33,248 bases of DNA from a virus: IMG/VR virus record IMGVR_UViG_3300017779_000064; one strand, 5' to 3'. Below are positions 31,075 to 33,248 of this stretch, one piece after another (the stretch's first letter is position 1; every line of letters starts with the position of its first letter). The notes below the pieces were generated by a model that worked only from the letters and a program-made list of their open reading frames with translations, had not been told where the DNA came from and made no database searches. Made by a program: the position numbers and the translations under genes.

Positions 31075-32032
31075 TGGCCGCTGCCTTCAAGCCAAGTTTA
31101 GGCTCAGGCTTTATAGACTTGCTAAATCCAGACCAATACTCATCCACTAAACCAGCGCGAAGAACATAATTTACCATCTCCACGCGGGTATTCGTAAATA
31201 TCCCCTGAATCTTATTGGAATAAGGCGAAGCCCGCGTATGGTCAGCGTTCTTAAAATTTAAAACGTGCATGAACGTGCTTACAGTCGTGCGGCGGCGGTC
31301 GTAACTCTGGTTAGTAATTAAATTACCCGCCGTGTACTTTCTAATCAAAGCCCGCCCAATCGGTGGCAAATCCTCAATCTGCAATTCATTTATGTTCTTG
31401 TAGAAATCAAAGGCATATTTGCTATCGCCCTCAATCAAAGCAGTCATAACAACACACGCACGTATCATACCACTCGACAAACCACGCTGCTTCTTAGGCG
31501 CATAAGCAAGCAACTCCTCGGCCAAATGGTGTATCTCGCTGCCCCAAATCCACTCATATTCGACCGGCGCAAGACGCAGGTTCATGTGGTGAAGCATCGC
31601 CGCAATAAACGAACAAATTGCAGTCACCTCTTTTGAAACGCCGTACATATCCGCAACAGTGCGCTTTGCACCCTGGTCTAGCACTTGGTAAACCTTGGGG
31701 TTGTTAGTCACCGAACACTGAACCCGAATATTCACACCCGACATCACACACGCAGCCAATCTATGCTGGCCGTCATGCAAGTACCCCTCAGTGTCAAACA
31801 ACAAGCCCTGATGCGTCATTTCAAACTGACCACCACGTATCATCCGAGTTAATTCAGTCACCCGCTGTTGACGCAATTTGCGCTGACCAGGCCACACTCT
31901 CGTCAAAATATCACGCGCAATAGACGGCGTAATCACAAACACACTCGACCCAGAGTTAGGTGCCATGCCCCTAATAATCTGCAATGTCTCGCGCTCAATT
32001 TTGCTTAGAACTGTTCTAATCTCTTCACTCAT
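31067..32032 (-). CDS. ParB/Srx-fold (DGQHR motif) protein between TerS and TerL
   Basis: GYLHDGQHRLAAC motif in the N-terminal half. Overlaps TerS (8 nt) and TerL (8 nt). Confidence 0.6.
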   Translation of the reverse strand: MSEEIRTVLSKIERETLQIIRGMAPNSGSSVFVITPSIARDILTRVWPGQRKLRQQRVTELTRMIRGGQFEMTHQGLLFDTEGYLHDGQHRLAACVMSGVNIRVQCSVTNNPKVYQVLDQGAKRTVADMYGVSKEVTAICSFIAAMLHHMNLRLAPVEYEWIWGSEIHHLAEELLAYAPKKQRGLSSGMIRACVVMTALIEGDSKYAFDFYKNINELQIEDLPPIGRALIRKYTAGNLITNQSYDRRRTTVSTFMHVLNFKNADHTRASPYSNKIQGIFTNTRVEMVNYVLRAGLVDEYWSGFSKSIKPEPKLGLKAAANG

Positions 32033-32474
32033 CTTCTGTCCTCTCCTTGGTTTCAGTCTTCCCCGGTTCTTCCGGCAATATCATATCAATTGAAATCACA
32101 GACGGCTTATCCACCACCTTCTCGCTATCAAGCAGCCCCGCACTCTTGGCCAACATCTGCATAACCCGCACCTTGTCCACCATCTCAAACTCCATGATGT
32201 CCCCGTGCTGCGTAGGCGTTATCTTCACCTTCTTAATCGCCGCCTTCACATGGTCCGGCACATCCTTGAACGCACGTATCCGCGCCTTGCCGTCATCATC
32301 CCAAGACACAACATCAGTCAGTTTCGCAGAGGCCAAACCCAACAACTCCAAGGCCAACTCATCGCGGTGGTCGTAAATGATGCTCGACCCACGCAACCGC
32401 TTCACAATCGGCCCCATCGCCATCTTCGGCGGGCGAGGACCAGTGCGCCCCCGCCTCTTCGGTTTCTCAGCCAT
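32025..32474 (-). CDS. terS: Terminase small subunit (P27/Terminase_2-like C-terminal region)
   Basis: ...KDVPDHVKAAIKKVKITPTQHGDIMEFEMVDKVRVMQMLAKSAGLL. Basic N-terminus. Lies upstream of TerL. Confidence 0.6.
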   Translation of the reverse strand: MAEKPKRRGRTGPRPPKMAMGPIVKRLRGSSIIYDHRDELALELLGLASAKLTDVVSWDDDGKARIRAFKDVPDHVKAAIKKVKITPTQHGDIMEFEMVDKVRVMQMLAKSAGLLDSEKVVDKPSVISIDMILPEEPGKTETKERTEDE

Positions 32475-32770
32475 CAGAACGGTATGGCGTCGTTTAAGTC
32501 GTCGCGTGGCGCAGCCGCAGCCTCACCAATCGGCGCAGAAAACGCACCAGTGGCTCCACCACCCGCAGCCACAGCCGCTCCAGCGCCCGCACCATCGTCC
32601 TCAAACAAACGCAACCACACATCGCCGTCCTTGTTAGGCAATGGCAACACATCCAACTTTATGCTCAGAGGCTTGCCGTCCTTCTCAAACGCAGTGCCCA
32701 ACCTCAACCACAACGGCTTGTCTCGACCAGGGATTTCCTTGCCCTGTACAACTCGGTATCGCTTACTCAT
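32474..32770 (-). CDS. Small protein (98 aa) with a Gly/Ala linker and an SSB-type acidic C-terminal tip (...DDLNDAIPF)
   Basis: C-terminus verified at DNA level (CGC GAC GAC TTA AAC GAC GCC ATA CCG TTC TGA). N-terminal ~60 aa contain an internal repeat (WLRLGTAFEKDG / WLRLFEDDG). The stop overlaps the TerS ATG. Confidence 0.5.
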   Translation of the reverse strand: MSKRYRVVQGKEIPGRDKPLWLRLGTAFEKDGKPLSIKLDVLPLPNKDGDVWLRLFEDDGAGAGAAVAAGGGATGAFSAPIGEAAAAPRDDLNDAIPF

Positions 32771-32813
32771 AGAATTTCCTTTCAGTGGAAAATGGGAAAA
32801 TATTTCGGGGAGG

Positions 32814-32837
32814 CCCCCCCTATACGTGCGTGGGGGG
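32814..32837. other. C7 / G6 homopolymer hairpin in the early-late intergenic region
   Basis: ccccccc (32814..32820), tatacgtgcgt, gggggg (32832..32837), followed by cGGGGGGGctaaGGG (to 32852). Confidence 0.6.
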
Positions 32838-32938
32838 CGGGGGGGCTAAGGGCGGTTCTCGCGCTGGCCGGACGCGCCGGTCACGCCACGCAATTATTCT
32901 GGTGTACAGGCACCAATGGAACGATTGATGTTTGTACA

Positions 32939-33248
32939 CTACCATCTCGCAGCACCCGTGACCTTGCCTAGAATGGCGTTGATGTCAGGCCCTGGTGTCT
33001 TGTGTCCTGCCTTGTTCTCAGCTTTGCGGGTGAACCATGCAAGCGAGACCGGTGGCTTCTTGTCCTGACCTATGAACCATGCGGCTGTCTTCGTAGCATC
33101 CTCAATGAACGTGTCCTCAGTGTACCCCATGTTCAGCACTGCCGCTGCTATCGATACCTGCCGGTCATCGTACTGCCAGCGTATCCCAGTGGCCTCTTGG
33201 AATACTACACCATAAGCTGCACAGATGGCTCGACACGCACGTTCAGGC
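32939..33248 (-). CDS. 3' portion of the junction-spanning replication-initiator-like gene (stop at 32939..32941)
   Basis: ORF track 32939..33139 (MLNMGYTEDTFIEDATK...GAARW). Its upstream sequence is open to the window end and identical to 1..123, where the frame continues to the ATG at 827. Confidence 0.6.
   Translation of the reverse strand, partial: PERACRAICAAYGVVFQEATGIRWQYDDRQVSIAAAVLNMGYTEDTFIEDATKTAAWFIGQDKKPPVSLAWFTRKAENKAGHKTPGPDINAILGKVTGAARW
33126..33248. repeat. Second copy of the 123-bp terminal direct repeat (same as 1..123)
   Basis: Same 123-nt string as the window start. The reading frame of ORF 32939..33139 continues in phase into 1..827. Confidence 0.95.

Noticed and set aside
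32205-32849. 214-aa plus-strand ORF antisense to TerS and the SSB-tail gene. Similar long antisense ORFs occur at 27319..27954, 8820..9461, 1707..2255, 17309..17830 and 9938..10405
   Set aside because: They span boundaries of confidently called minus-strand genes, have Arg/Pro/Ser/Leu-rich off-frame composition and carry no motifs. These are typical spurious antisense ORFs.

Overview
The window is a complete, circularly closed phage genome. Bases 1..123 are identical to 33126..33248, so the unique length is about 33,125 bp, and one gene is split by the linearisation point.

About 85% of the coding sequence is on the minus strand, as one long early-to-late series:
- Early and replication genes (3729 down to 1, wrapping to 32939): RHH regulator, DUF1064 nuclease, two HTH proteins, a PD-(D/E)XK-like nuclease, a zinc-ribbon protein, a C5 cytosine methyltransferase, and a winged-helix replication initiator whose coding sequence carries iterons next to an AT-rich tract.
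- Packaging and head genes (32770 down to 24716): small protein with an SSB-like tail, TerS, ParB/Srx-like protein, TerL, GNAT-like protein, T7-type portal, scaffold, major capsid.
- Tail and ejection genes (24664 down to 11519): tubular A-like and B-like proteins, five internal virion proteins, a 921-aa repeat-rich tail fibre and its chaperone.
- Lysis genes (11519 down to 8640): small membrane proteins, a GTA-type 3-TM holin, a GH108 endolysin.

A plus-strand block (3844..8643) carries a small serine recombinase, Xis/AlpA, a tyrosine integrase, a YqaJ-type exonuclease, RecT and a LexA-N-domain-like winged-helix protein. I recognised no tRNA, rRNA, CRISPR array, reverse transcriptase, polymerase, helicase or primase. 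The holin and endolysin types suggest an alphaproteobacterial host, but that is inference only.

The most unusual observations:
1. The methyltransferase locus is open in two overlapping same-strand frames for 263 codons. The catalytic motifs sit in one frame; the WPTP repeats and the motif-IX-like EWLMGYPAGWT sit in the other.
2. A lambda-O-style origin lies inside the initiator gene.
3. A 98-aa protein ends in an SSB-type acidic ...DAIPF tip and is translationally coupled to TerS.
4. A serine recombinase sits where a CI-type repressor is normally found, in a phage that also has a Xis/Int pair.
5. The tail fibre contains about 20 clean 36-bp (12-residue) tandem repeats.
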